From: Bacteroides sp. CAG:927
GTDB taxonomy: Bacteria > Bacteroidota > Bacteroidia > Bacteroidales > Muribaculaceae
Reading direction: 5' to 3'
NCBI GenBank assembly: GCA_000431155.1
Contig: HF985638.1
Location: 20,262-84,261 of the forward strand
DNA length: 64,000 nucleotides
Below the pieces are notes generated by a model. The model was not told the origin of the DNA and made no database searches. It was given only the letters and a program-made list of their open reading frames with translations. Shown piece by piece: positions 9,937 through 19,060 of the stretch; positions within the stretch are counted from its first letter, which is position 1, and each line of letters begins with the position of its first letter. Position numbers and translations under genes: made by a program.

Positions 9937-10574
9937 CACCAGTATTTTTCAGAGCCGTCGCCATAGAGAGCCACCACACGCTGCGTATCAGCTTTCTTTT
10001 TGGCGCGCAGATATGACACGCTGATATTCTTGTTCGTGTAGTATGCCGTCAGGTTCTTCAGCCTTTTCATCTCCTTGTAGCAGTCATCGACCACATCCAT
10101 ACGGTCTTTGTCAGTCATACTCAGCGTAGTGATATTGACTACCTGCTTCAAGTCGCCCAGCACTCCGTTGGCTTCTTCGAGGATACGGGTGTAGCCTGAG
10201 GCGATTGCCGATAGTTCAGCCGATGTGAAGTTCGGATCGGTCAGCATCTTCTGGAAATTATTGACGTAATAGCCGGAGATATTGCCGAGCATCAGGATTG
10301 TCTGCTGCACCTTTCGGGCATCACGGACGAGGTTATTGACCGACTGGAGAGCGTCGTAATACTTTTTCGCCTGCTGGTAAATTTTCACGGTTTCCTGAAA
10401 ATTTTTGACCATATGCGTAGCCGTCTGCGATTCCTGAACGAGTGATTTGGAGTTGTTTACGATGGACTGGGCGATGTTTGACGGATCGATTACCGTCCAT
10501 TGGGCGGAAGCCCTGCCCGTGCCGAGCATCAGGCACAGGGCAATCAGGGAGATTAAAAACTTGAGTTGCTTCAT
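9936..10574 (-). CDS. traI: conjugative transposon protein TraI
   Basis: Start placed at MKQLKFLISLIALCLMLG (signal peptide) rather than the upstream open frame. About 212 aa. Confidence 0.6.
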   Translation of the reverse strand: MKQLKFLISLIALCLMLGTGRASAQWTVIDPSNIAQSIVNNSKSLVQESQTATHMVKNFQETVKIYQQAKKYYDALQSVNNLVRDARKVQQTILMLGNISGYYVNNFQKMLTDPNFTSAELSAIASGYTRILEEANGVLGDLKQVVNITTLSMTDKDRMDVVDDCYKEMKRLKNLTAYYTNKNISVSYLRAKKKADTQRVVALYGDGSEKYW

Positions 10575-10600
10575 TTGATTGCGGATTAAAAGTGGTGGAT

Positions 10601-10735
10601 TTATCGTATTCTGTGAGCCATGCCGACGATTGTACGGGCAATGACTGCCAATAGATGAAGGGTGACTGTCAGGAGGAGGACGAGGCAGACGAGTATTCCT
10701 GACATGATACTGGAAAATATTGATTTCACTTTCAT
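10601..10735 (-). CDS. TraH-like small hydrophobic protein (44 aa)
   Basis: Translated by hand as MKVKSIFSSIMSGILVCLVLLLTVTLHLLAVIARTIVGMAHRIR. Lies between traG and traI, where traH sits in CTnDOT. Too short for the ORF track. Confidence 0.35.
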   Translation of the reverse strand: MKVKSIFSSIMSGILVCLVLLLTVTLHLLAVIARTIVGMAHRIR

Positions 10736-10738
10736 ACA

Positions 10739-13240
10739 TTATTTCTCTATCCTTTCGTTGGCTAACTGTTTGATTGCGGCTTCGATGTCGCCGCCGAGCT
10801 GACGGGCGCGGTCAAGGACTTGGATTTTCTCCGTTTCCTCGGTGGTGTAGCATAGGTATTCCTCTGGCGATACCTCAGTTGCATAGACAGCGGACTGCGT
10901 TCCGCCCAGCCCAATCCAGACTTCTTTGTATAGCCTTCCCGGATTATTTGCCATATTGATACTGAGTATCTGCGCTTTCTCCTTGTCGGTCAGACCGAGC
11001 AGCTCCTGTATCTGGTCAAAGCGGTTCATATATTTCCGCTGATCCATAAGGATTTTACAGTCGGAGTTGTTGATGATTGTCTCCTTGACAATCGGCGACG
11101 AGATAATATCGTCAACCTCCTGAGTGACAACCACCGCCTCACCGAAATACTTGCGCACCGTCTTGAACATATAGCGCATATACTCAGCCATGTTTGCGGT
11201 TGACAACGCCTTCCAAGCCTCCTCGCATATAAGAAGTTTTCGCACGCCTTTCAAGCGTCGCATCTTGTTGATGAAGGCTTCCATGATGATAATCGTTACC
11301 ACAGGAAACAGGTCTTTATTGTCGCGGATAGCGTCAATCTCGAATACCACGAAACGCTTGTTGAGCAGGTCGATGTTCTCCTTTGAGTTCAGCAGGAAGT
11401 CAAAGCGACCGCCATGATAATATTGCCTTAAAGTAGTCAGGAAGTTGTCGATGTCAAAATCCTGCTTATAGATGGGGATAGGACGCTGTGCCATTTCAGC
11501 ACGGTAATCGTCGCGCATGAACTCGTAGAAGGAGTTGAAGCAGGGAACGATGTTGCGGTCTTTCTTCATCTTTTCAAGGAACATAGACAGCGCGGAGCCA
11601 AGCTCACCCGATTCAGTCTTTGTCACGCGGTCGTCTTCCGACTTCCAGAGCGTGAGAAGCAGCGTCTTGATGCTGTCCTTCTTCTCCACATCGAAAACCC
11701 CGTCGTCGGTGAAGAACGGATTGAAGGAAATCGGCTTTTCCTCCGTGTAAGTGTAATACACACCGTCCTCGCCGTGGGTACGGTTATGGATAAGGTTGCA
11801 CAGTCCTTCGTATGAATTGCCGGTATCAATCAGCAGGATATGCGCGCCTTGCTCGTAATACTGGCGCACCAGATGGTTGGTGAAGAACGACTTGCCGCTA
11901 CCCGACGGGCCGAGGATGAACTTGTTGCGGTTTGTGGTTATGCCGCGCTTCATCGGCTCATCGGAAATATCCAGGTGGACAGGCTTACCCGTGAGGCGAT
12001 CAACCATCTTTATACCGAATGGCGACAGTGACGATCGGTAGTTTGTTTCTGCGGTGAAAAAACAGACGGCAGGCTCTATGAAAGTATAGAAACTTTCCTC
12101 AGCGGGGAAATCCGCCTCGTTACCGGGCATAGCAGCCCAGAACAGCGTCGGGCAGTCGATGGTGTTGTGCCGTGGCATACACCCCATAGTAGCAAGCTGA
12201 CCGCCGACATCGTTCTTGATGCGCCGCAGTTCCTCGGCATCATCGCTCCACGCCATGATGTTGCAGTGGCAGCGCACGGAGGTGAGGCCGTAGCTGTGTG
12301 CCTCGTTCAGATAGCGGTCTATCCACTCCTTGTTTATGGCGTTTGAGCGTGAGTAGCGGCTCAACGAGTTCATATTGCGCGCCGTCTTTTCAAACTTCGC
12401 CAAGTTTTCGTCGTGGTCGTCGATGAATACATACTGGTTATAGATATGGTTGCACGGCAGGAGCAGACCCACGGGAGAGGCGAAGCTCAATCTGCAATCG
12501 GAGCGGTCGGTTGACAGGCGTTCATAACGGTTATCGGTGCTGACTTTCGAGGGTAGATCATCCGTGTCTGACAGAGTGTGAAGGCACAGCATCTTGTCGC
12601 CGATACGCATTTCTTTCGGTGACAGGTCGATATCCTCCAGACAGTTGACATTACCTATCGACAGCGACAGATACTTTTCTATGATACCGGAAGTTGTGTC
12701 TGTACCGATTATCTCATCGTCACCCATTCGGCGCAGCGTTATATAGCCGGTGTCGTTGATAATGCGCTCGAACTGCCCGACAGCTTCCATGAAGCCCACA
12801 ATCATCTCGTGATTGAGTTCCTTCGGAGTGATACGCCCACGGCAGAGAGTGGAAAAATTGGACTGCTGGCGCATACGCTCCTTTGTGGTCTTTGTCAGAT
12901 ACAGGTAACACTTGTGCGCCAGATACGGACGCTCGTTGAAATGACGCTCGAAAGAACGGTCGAGGAACGAAAGGTTATCCTTTTGCAGTTCCGGCTTATA
13001 GTTCTCCGACACGAACCAGTCCTGCTTGTGTGCCACCGTGAAGCGGGGCAATACCTTGATAGCCTTGCACCAAGCGGCGTGCATCGCCTCGTATTCCTGT
13101 GATGTGACGGTGAACAGTTCCGGAAGGCTAACCTCGAAGGCCACCGTTATATCGGCGTCCTTCGAGATGATGCAGCCGTGTTCCACTGCAAGGAGCGGCA
13201 GCTTCGATTCCAGTGTTGTGGCTTTAAGTGTATTTCTCAT
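10739..13240 (-). CDS. traG: TraG, VirB4-like conjugation ATPase
   Basis: Walker A motif GPSGSGKS. About 833 aa from the internal start MRNTLKATT (ATG at 13238-13240, overlapping the traF stop); the upstream in-frame extension is treated as non-coding. Confidence 0.85.
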   Translation of the reverse strand: MRNTLKATTLESKLPLLAVEHGCIISKDADITVAFEVSLPELFTVTSQEYEAMHAAWCKAIKVLPRFTVAHKQDWFVSENYKPELQKDNLSFLDRSFERHFNERPYLAHKCYLYLTKTTKERMRQQSNFSTLCRGRITPKELNHEMIVGFMEAVGQFERIINDTGYITLRRMGDDEIIGTDTTSGIIEKYLSLSIGNVNCLEDIDLSPKEMRIGDKMLCLHTLSDTDDLPSKVSTDNRYERLSTDRSDCRLSFASPVGLLLPCNHIYNQYVFIDDHDENLAKFEKTARNMNSLSRYSRSNAINKEWIDRYLNEAHSYGLTSVRCHCNIMAWSDDAEELRRIKNDVGGQLATMGCMPRHNTIDCPTLFWAAMPGNEADFPAEESFYTFIEPAVCFFTAETNYRSSLSPFGIKMVDRLTGKPVHLDISDEPMKRGITTNRNKFILGPSGSGKSFFTNHLVRQYYEQGAHILLIDTGNSYEGLCNLIHNRTHGEDGVYYTYTEEKPISFNPFFTDDGVFDVEKKDSIKTLLLTLWKSEDDRVTKTESGELGSALSMFLEKMKKDRNIVPCFNSFYEFMRDDYRAEMAQRPIPIYKQDFDIDNFLTTLRQYYHGGRFDFLLNSKENIDLLNKRFVVFEIDAIRDNKDLFPVVTIIIMEAFINKMRRLKGVRKLLICEEAWKALSTANMAEYMRYMFKTVRKYFGEAVVVTQEVDDIISSPIVKETIINNSDCKILMDQRKYMNRFDQIQELLGLTDKEKAQILSINMANNPGRLYKEVWIGLGGTQSAVYATEVSPEEYLCYTTEETEKIQVLDRARQLGGDIEAAIKQLANERIEK

Positions 13241-13554
13241 TTGCGTCCTCCCTTCATTATATTGCGCACACGCAGACGGTTGATGATATAGCGGGGGCGG
13301 TACTTCACCGAGGTGAGTTTCATAAGACCATACTGCCCGTACTTGCCATTGAGGTGGAAGGTGTACCACACCAGAGCCGACGCGCTCACGGCACCGAAGC
13401 CTATGCACAGCCCCTGCTGTACACCGCACATATAGAGTACCACGAACAGAATGAAATCGGTTATCAGACCTCCGGCGAAAATGAACAGGTACTGGGCTTT
13501 CAGCCCCTTGTATTCCACCGTCCTGCCTATGCCCTTGTTGATAGAATATTCCAT
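13237..13554 (-). CDS. traF: conjugative transposon protein TraF
   Basis: 105-aa membrane protein (DUF4133-like). Its stop overlaps the traG start. Confidence 0.6.
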   Translation of the reverse strand: MEYSINKGIGRTVEYKGLKAQYLFIFAGGLITDFILFVVLYMCGVQQGLCIGFGAVSASALVWYTFHLNGKYGQYGLMKLTSVKYRPRYIINRLRVRNIMKGGRK

Positions 13555-13567
13555 TGATACGGGGGAA

Positions 13568-13924
13568 TTAGAGGAAGAACGAGCGCAGGATTGTGGCGGC
13601 TACCACGAGGAATATACAGGCACCGAACCATGAGGCGGCAGTCTTCGATGTGTCTGGATCGCCGGAGCTGAACTTGCCATAGACCTTGACACCGCCGATA
13701 AGACCCACCACCGCGCCGATGGCATAGATCAGTTTCGTGGCGGGGTCGAAATAGGAGGTCATCATCGAGGTAGCCTCGTTGATACCCGCCAGACCGTTGC
13801 CAGCGGCGTAGAGGTTGGCTGCACACAGCAAAAGTGTGAGCATCATCGCCATAGGGCGACGCATACCGGGAGCGTTCATAAACTCCACGATACGTTTGTA
13901 GAGCGACTTGAAGAAATCAGTCAT
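13568..13924 (-). CDS. traE: conjugative transposon protein TraE
   Basis: Start taken at MTDFFKSLYK (13924), which avoids overlap with traD. DUF4134-like membrane protein. Confidence 0.6.
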   Translation of the reverse strand: MTDFFKSLYKRIVEFMNAPGMRRPMAMMLTLLLCAANLYAAGNGLAGINEATSMMTSYFDPATKLIYAIGAVVGLIGGVKVYGKFSSGDPDTSKTAASWFGACIFLVVAATILRSFFL

Positions 13925-13961
13925 AAATAAAATGGGGTTTGGATTGTGGATAAAGTGGTGG

Positions 13962-14702
13962 TCAGTGAAAGATATTGAAGTCGATTGCATCAATATCGGT
14001 AGTGTCGATGTCGGCATGGAAGACAATCTTTTTCTTCGGCGCGGCATCATCGGATTTTCCGGGAGGATTGTCATTCTCCTCCGTTGTGTCCGGGAGCTGG
14101 CACTCGATCATCAGAATGCGCTTGCGCACGACCGGGTCGAGTTTGACATACTCTATAATCTCCGTGCCTTCAAGTTCGGGGAGGACACGGCGGGCAATCT
14201 TCTCGTCCTCGTCTGTGTGCGGCTTGTCTTTCAGTACCTTCATTGTCGATTGCAGCTCGTCGAAGTCAATGCCCTCGGCGTTGGCATCCGCCGGAGGCGG
14301 AGTCTCTCCCGTAAGCTCGCTCACTGAATGAGTGGAGAATATCTCGTCCAGTTTATCGACGGGAATCTGAGCAGTCGGCTTTTCTTCGGGAATGTCGGGG
14401 AATCCGGCATCGGCAGGTGTGCCGATTTCCTTAATTATCAGCGGCACCACCTCCTTTGCAGCCTCCGTCGCGGCTTCTTTCGCTATCTCTCGGAAAGAAT
14501 CCATGAACTGACCGACATCGAAATTGCTTTTGCCGATTACCTCAGTCGGGGCTTCGGCAGCCCTGTCCGGGTCTGGCGGCGCGGAATTCTCCACGGTGTC
14601 GGCTACTTCCTTACCGGCGGGAGGTGTCTCCGGCTTTTTCAGGACTTTCCTGATGAGCCATACATTGCTTGCGAGCAATGCGATAATCAACAGCGTCTCC
14701 AT
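13962..14702 (-). CDS. traD: TraD-position protein (Pro/Glu-rich, one TM helix)
   Basis: N-terminal TM helix and an acidic, low-complexity body. Sits between traC and traE. Confidence 0.45.
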   Translation of the reverse strand: METLLIIALLASNVWLIRKVLKKPETPPAGKEVADTVENSAPPDPDRAAEAPTEVIGKSNFDVGQFMDSFREIAKEAATEAAKEVVPLIIKEIGTPADAGFPDIPEEKPTAQIPVDKLDEIFSTHSVSELTGETPPPADANAEGIDFDELQSTMKVLKDKPHTDEDEKIARRVLPELEGTEIIEYVKLDPVVRKRILMIECQLPDTTEENDNPPGKSDDAAPKKKIVFHADIDTTDIDAIDFNIFH

Positions 14703-15001
14703 CAGAAAAGGCTTTGGCTGTTTTCATCATACAGACCTTCCATCACCTCGCGGTTGTTGGCGAAGTGGTCGAGGATTATCTCGGAGACGTATGAGCCGAT
14801 GGACATACCGCTTTTGCGGAATCTGTCAGCCATTCGGCTGAGCACGGCGTGTACTTCGGGATAGATATACACTTTGTTATGGGAACTGATAATGCCGGGC
14901 TTCAGAAATTTGGCGGCATATCTTTTGCGTTCCTCTGCGGTTCTGGCATCAATGTCAGCGACCGGGTTCACATTGATTGTGACAATTGGTGATTTGGGCA
15001 T
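14702..15001 (-). CDS. traC: conjugative transposon protein TraC (DUF3408-like)
   Basis: Small protein following traB, as in the CTnDOT order. Confidence 0.5.
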   Translation of the reverse strand: MPKSPIVTINVNPVADIDARTAEERKRYAAKFLKPGIISSHNKVYIYPEVHAVLSRMADRFRKSGMSIGSYVSEIILDHFANNREVMEGLYDENSQSLF

Positions 15002-15007
15002 AGCTGG

Positions 15008-15421
15008 TTAGAGTTTGGGGTTGATGACGTCGGCGTACTCCTCGAAGTGAGCGGCCAGCACGTTGTTGATATACGATTTGAGGGAACAAGAACCGTTCTC
15101 GAAAGCGATCAGCCTCTTTATCTTGCCGATTATAACGGGGTCTATCTCCACCATAAGGAATTTGACCTGCGGGCGCAGATAAGTTGTTCTCGTTATAAAC
15201 CGTTCCCTGAACAGTCGTTCGCGCTCTTCATCGGAAGATGGTTGCTCAGGAGCTGATTTAACGGACATGGCGTATTCCGCTTTCTGTTCCGATGAACCGG
15301 TTGTATCCGGCAGGGGACCTTCTTTCGGCTTCCTGTTCAGCGATGACAGCGAGGAGGGCTCCTCCCGGAAAGACCTGATGAATTCATCGGGGTCGATTTC
15401 AGACTCATACTTCTTTGCCAT
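15008..15421 (-). CDS. traB: conjugative transposon protein TraB (DUF3408-like)
   Basis: 137 aa, between traA and traC. Confidence 0.5.
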   Translation of the reverse strand: MAKKYESEIDPDEFIRSFREEPSSLSSLNRKPKEGPLPDTTGSSEQKAEYAMSVKSAPEQPSSDEERERLFRERFITRTTYLRPQVKFLMVEIDPVIIGKIKRLIAFENGSCSLKSYINNVLAAHFEEYADVINPKL

Positions 15422-15426
15422 AGCGG

Positions 15427-16182
15427 TCAGAGTTTGAGTAAGCCGAGGAGTTCGTCGGTGAGTTCAGGGAGACGCGTGCCTTTGAGCAGCGTCCTGTCGG
15501 GAGGCATCACCGTGGAGCGGAACACAGCGCGGTTAAGGGTCTTTGACCCCTCGCGGCGATACTTCTTGGTATCGGGAATCTTCGTCTTCATGGTCTGAAG
15601 CCCGTATTCCTCAAACACCGCCTCATACTGGTCATAGAGGTCGGTCTTCTCGCGGGCATCGACAAGATTCCAGAGCATATACATCTGCTTTACCGAAGCG
15701 CGCCCGGTTGTGAGCCACTCCTGTATCTTCAGGGCGAAGGCGAGCGAGCTTTCAAGTATCACCTTGTCGGCGGCGACAGGGACAATCACGGTATCCATAC
15801 AGTTGAGTATGTTTACGACACCGCGGTTGTTGACCGTGCCGGGGAGGTCGAAGAAAACGATGTCGATTTCATTGCCGCCCTCGACGATTTCACGCACCTT
15901 CCGCATGGCTTCCTCCGGCTTTGCCGTCAGAAGCGGATAAGGCGCGAGCTTGGTCTGGCGCATATTATCGGAAAAAAGTTTCTTGAACTGGGGACTGCAT
16001 TCAATCAGGTCTCTGTCGCGCTGCCGCATCTCCTCGATGCTGAACTGCGGGTAGTCACAGTCCACGACAAGGACTTTCAGCCCCTTCACATAGTAGAGGT
16101 AACTCGCCGCAAGAACGGTCAGAGTCGTTTTGCCCGCTCCACCTTTCTGGGTGGAGAAAGCGACAAATTTAGGGTCTGCCAT
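15427..16182 (-). CDS. traA: TraA, ParA/MinD-family ATPase
   Basis: Deviant Walker A motif KGGAGKTT. First gene of the tra operon. Confidence 0.8.
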   Translation of the reverse strand: MADPKFVAFSTQKGGAGKTTLTVLAASYLYYVKGLKVLVVDCDYPQFSIEEMRQRDRDLIECSPQFKKLFSDNMRQTKLAPYPLLTAKPEEAMRKVREIVEGGNEIDIVFFDLPGTVNNRGVVNILNCMDTVIVPVAADKVILESSLAFALKIQEWLTTGRASVKQMYMLWNLVDAREKTDLYDQYEAVFEEYGLQTMKTKIPDTKKYRREGSKTLNRAVFRSTVMPPDRTLLKGTRLPELTDELLGLLKL

Positions 16183-17147
16183 AAATAAAATTTGAAAATG
16201 GATGTAGTGGTGACTGCATAGCAGTGGCCGTCAGCGTGACTCCTGACACGTATAGACCGGGCATCTATCGGCGCGAAGCAGTGCCGGCATAGACTATGCT
16301 GGGGATGACAGCTTTCCATGCCGCATGGAGCGACCTTCCTCCGCTGTCAGGAGGGCATCGGCTAAGTAAGCCGGGAAAGGTTGGATCTGTCAGTCATTGT
16401 TCGGTTCGGGTTTGGATGTGGAACTTAGCGGTGCTTTCTATCTACCGTACATAGCCATCAAGCCTTGAAGTCATGAAGCCTTGAAGTTATGAACTATAGA
16501 TAAATATATTTGTCATTCAAACAATAGATAATATTACAGGTAAATCAATCTTTAAGACAATCTCAATATCGTTCATTAAGCAGTTCCATTTCCATATCTA
16601 TAAGTTGAACTGTAAGGAAGGATATAGATTTGTCTGTAATCAGGCATACCTGTCAATAATACCAATGTTCTAAAGACAGATTGAAAATCATACTTGCAGT
16701 TCAATGGATAGTTCTATAATAAAGTCTGTAAGTTGAACTCCTTGAAGGCAGGTTTAACTGTCAATCTCTACACAAAGAAACAAATAAATTTCCAATTTGT
16801 CAAATCGGAAAATAATCCAATTCCCTGTGATTCCGCCGTTTGTCCGGCTATGTCCAAGTATGTCCGGCTATGTCCAAATTTTTTGCCAAAATTTTTAACA
16901 TTTCAACTTCGATTTTTTTACAGCCGGAGTCTTATCGGTCCGGACTGTGATACGGTATGCCGTTTTTTTCTCGTACTTTTTACTGCCGGTGTTAGGATTT
17001 ACGCGATTATTTTCGTAAATTTATGGAAGCATTACGCCATCACAATACCGCCGCGCCGTTGAAATCACGGTAATCACGCCATCGGGACATCACCGGGCAG
17101 CCCCGATACAGATACTACCGTATTTCATAATAGGAAAGGATGTTCAC
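16183..17147. promoter_or_regulatory. divergent mob/tra control region; oriT candidate with direct and inverted repeats
   Basis: A 960-bp non-coding stretch between traA (minus) and mobA (plus). Direct repeats: gccttgaagt(c/t)atgaa x2 (16462-16492); tgtccggctatgtccaa x2 (16841-16877); taagttgaact x2 (16603, 16729). Several short hairpins. Confidence 0.35.
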
Positions 17148-17315
17148 ATGAACACTGCAAGTTATGTTTCCCGGCACACGAATCGAAGATTGTGCCACGG
17201 AAAACACTTGCAATGTAAACATTGGGAAGATTCACTCCGAAGTCGTAAATCCATACGATGGGCTGCGCCGCCTTATGCTGCCGCAATGCGGTTACACCAC
17301 TTAAATCCACTTTTT

Positions 17316-17741
17316 ATGACCCAGATTACCAGCCGGGGCGGACGACGCCCCAAGACCGACCCGTCGGTCAACCGCTATGTAGTGCGGTTCAACGCAGAGG
17401 AAAACGCACGTTTCCTCGCCATGTTCGAGCGTTCCGGGCTTGAAAGCAAGGGAGCGTTCATAAAGAATTTCATCTTCCAGAAGCCGTTTAAGGTATATAC
17501 CATCGACGAGAACACCCGCGTGTTCATCGACAAGCTCTCATCACTTAACTCACTTTTCAGGACTCTGGGGGTGTCATACGACAACGTGATCAAGACCCTC
17601 CGTGAAAATTTCACCGAGAAGAAGGCTATGTCGGCTCTCTATAAACTGGAGAAGCTGACGATTGAACTCATCAAGGTCAACAGCGAGATTGTGGCACTCG
17701 CGCAGAGGTTCGATGAACAATGGTCGCTAAAATCTCGATAG
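17316..17741 (+). CDS. mobA: mobilization accessory protein MobA
   Basis: Start taken at MTQITSRGG (17316), which is preceded by the recurrent CACCACTTAAATCCAC motif. Small basic protein upstream of, and overlapping, the relaxase gene. Confidence 0.55.
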   Translation: MTQITSRGGRRPKTDPSVNRYVVRFNAEENARFLAMFERSGLESKGAFIKNFIFQKPFKVYTIDENTRVFIDKLSSLNSLFRTLGVSYDNVIKTLRENFTEKKAMSALYKLEKLTIELIKVNSEIVALAQRFDEQWSLKSR

Positions 17742-19042
17742 GCAATTCCCTGTACGGCGCGCTAAACTACAACGGCGAGAAAATCCACAAGGAACGGGGA
17801 CGGGTGCTTGACACCAACAAGATTTTCAATGACGGCAGCGGCACGGTTGACATCCGCCGTGCCTACGAGGACTTCATGCGCTGGATACCCACATCGTCAC
17901 GCACCGAGCGTCCGATGATGCACATCTCGCTAAATCCACACCCCGACGACCGGTTGAGCGATACCGACTTCACCCGCCTTGCCCACGATTATATGCAGAT
18001 GATGGGCTTCGCCGATATGCCATACCTCATAGTGAAGCACGAAGACATAGACCGCCACCACGTCCATATCGTTGCCCTGCGTGTCGGCACTGACGGACGC
18101 TGTATCTCAGACCGCAACAACTTCTACAAGAACAAGAAGGTGTGCCGCGAGCTGGAGCAGAAATACGGGCTGAAGGTTGCCGAGCGTGAGAAAATCACTC
18201 CGGATATGCCCATAAGGAAGATTGACCCCGACGGAGATTTGAAACGTCAGGTAGCCAACACCGTGAAGATGGTCGGTATGCGCTACAAGTTCCAGACCCT
18301 CGGCGAATACAACGCCATACTCTCACTGTATAATGTCAAGTGCGAGCCTGCCGACGGCAGGGTGAACGGACGCGAGTACCACGGTCTTGTCTATTTCGTG
18401 ACTGACGATGACGGCAAGGTTATCGCCAATCCGTTCAAGGCTTCGAGACTTGGCAAGTTCGCGGGGAGGGAGGCGATAGATGGACGCTTCGGGCGCGCCA
18501 AAGAAAGGATTGATCCCGCTCCGACGAAACAGACGGTTGCCGAGGTCCTTGCCGTAGCCACAGGCAAGGATGATTTCGTTGCCAAGCTGAAGGAAAGACA
18601 TATAGATGTCGTGTTCCGTTACACCGACGATGGCAGAATCTACGGGGCTACATTTATCGACCACAACACCATGTCTGTACTCAATGGTTCCAGACTCGGC
18701 AAGGAATTTTCTGCAAACGCGCTCAACGAGCGGTTCAACAACCCGCAGGTACAGGCAACAAACGGAATTCCGGTTCTCGACACACCGGTTGTCGTGCAGG
18801 AGTCGGAGCAGAACGCCGAGACACATTCAGATACCCGGTCACAATCAGGCAACACCAATGCCCCGTCGGATGGACACCACCAATCCGCAACTTCAAATTC
18901 AGTTACCGATTACAGTGACACCGATTTCACACTTCCGGGACTCGACCTGTTCCAGCCGGGAATGGCTGTCAATCCCGACGAGGAAGAATTCCGCCGTCGT
19001 ATGCAGCGTAAGAAAAAGAAGGGTCACAGACCGAAGTTTTAA
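17720..19042 (+). CDS. mobB: MobB relaxase (MobA/VirD2 relaxase family)
   Basis: HISLNP and HEDIDRHHVHIV histidine-triad motifs typical of the relaxase/mobilisation nuclease domain. Confidence 0.85.
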   Translation: MVAKISIGNSLYGALNYNGEKIHKERGRVLDTNKIFNDGSGTVDIRRAYEDFMRWIPTSSRTERPMMHISLNPHPDDRLSDTDFTRLAHDYMQMMGFADMPYLIVKHEDIDRHHVHIVALRVGTDGRCISDRNNFYKNKKVCRELEQKYGLKVAEREKITPDMPIRKIDPDGDLKRQVANTVKMVGMRYKFQTLGEYNAILSLYNVKCEPADGRVNGREYHGLVYFVTDDDGKVIANPFKASRLGKFAGREAIDGRFGRAKERIDPAPTKQTVAEVLAVATGKDDFVAKLKERHIDVVFRYTDDGRIYGATFIDHNTMSVLNGSRLGKEFSANALNERFNNPQVQATNGIPVLDTPVVVQESEQNAETHSDTRSQSGNTNAPSDGHHQSATSNSVTDYSDTDFTLPGLDLFQPGMAVNPDEEEFRRRMQRKKKKGHRPKF

Positions 19043-19060
19043 CTCCCAAATTACATTTTT

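Noticed and set aside
10574-10739. N-terminal extension of TraI (the 267-aa ORF reading MYESEINIFQY...)
   Set aside because: The extension is hydrophilic junk in front of an obvious signal peptide (MKQLKFLISL...). A separate small hydrophobic ORF (traH-like) occupies this space in another frame.
12809-13102. Plus-strand ORFs within traG, and similar antisense ORFs across the tra operon (e.g. 350-664, 3247-3534, 6822-7609, 11190-12031)
   Set aside because: They are antisense to conserved tra genes, short, and show no domain signatures.
13240-13429. 63-codon upstream extension of TraG (MRCTAGAVHRLRC...)
   Set aside because: It overlaps traF in another frame. A conserved TraG N-terminus begins at MRNTLKATT, with an ATGA overlap to the traF stop.
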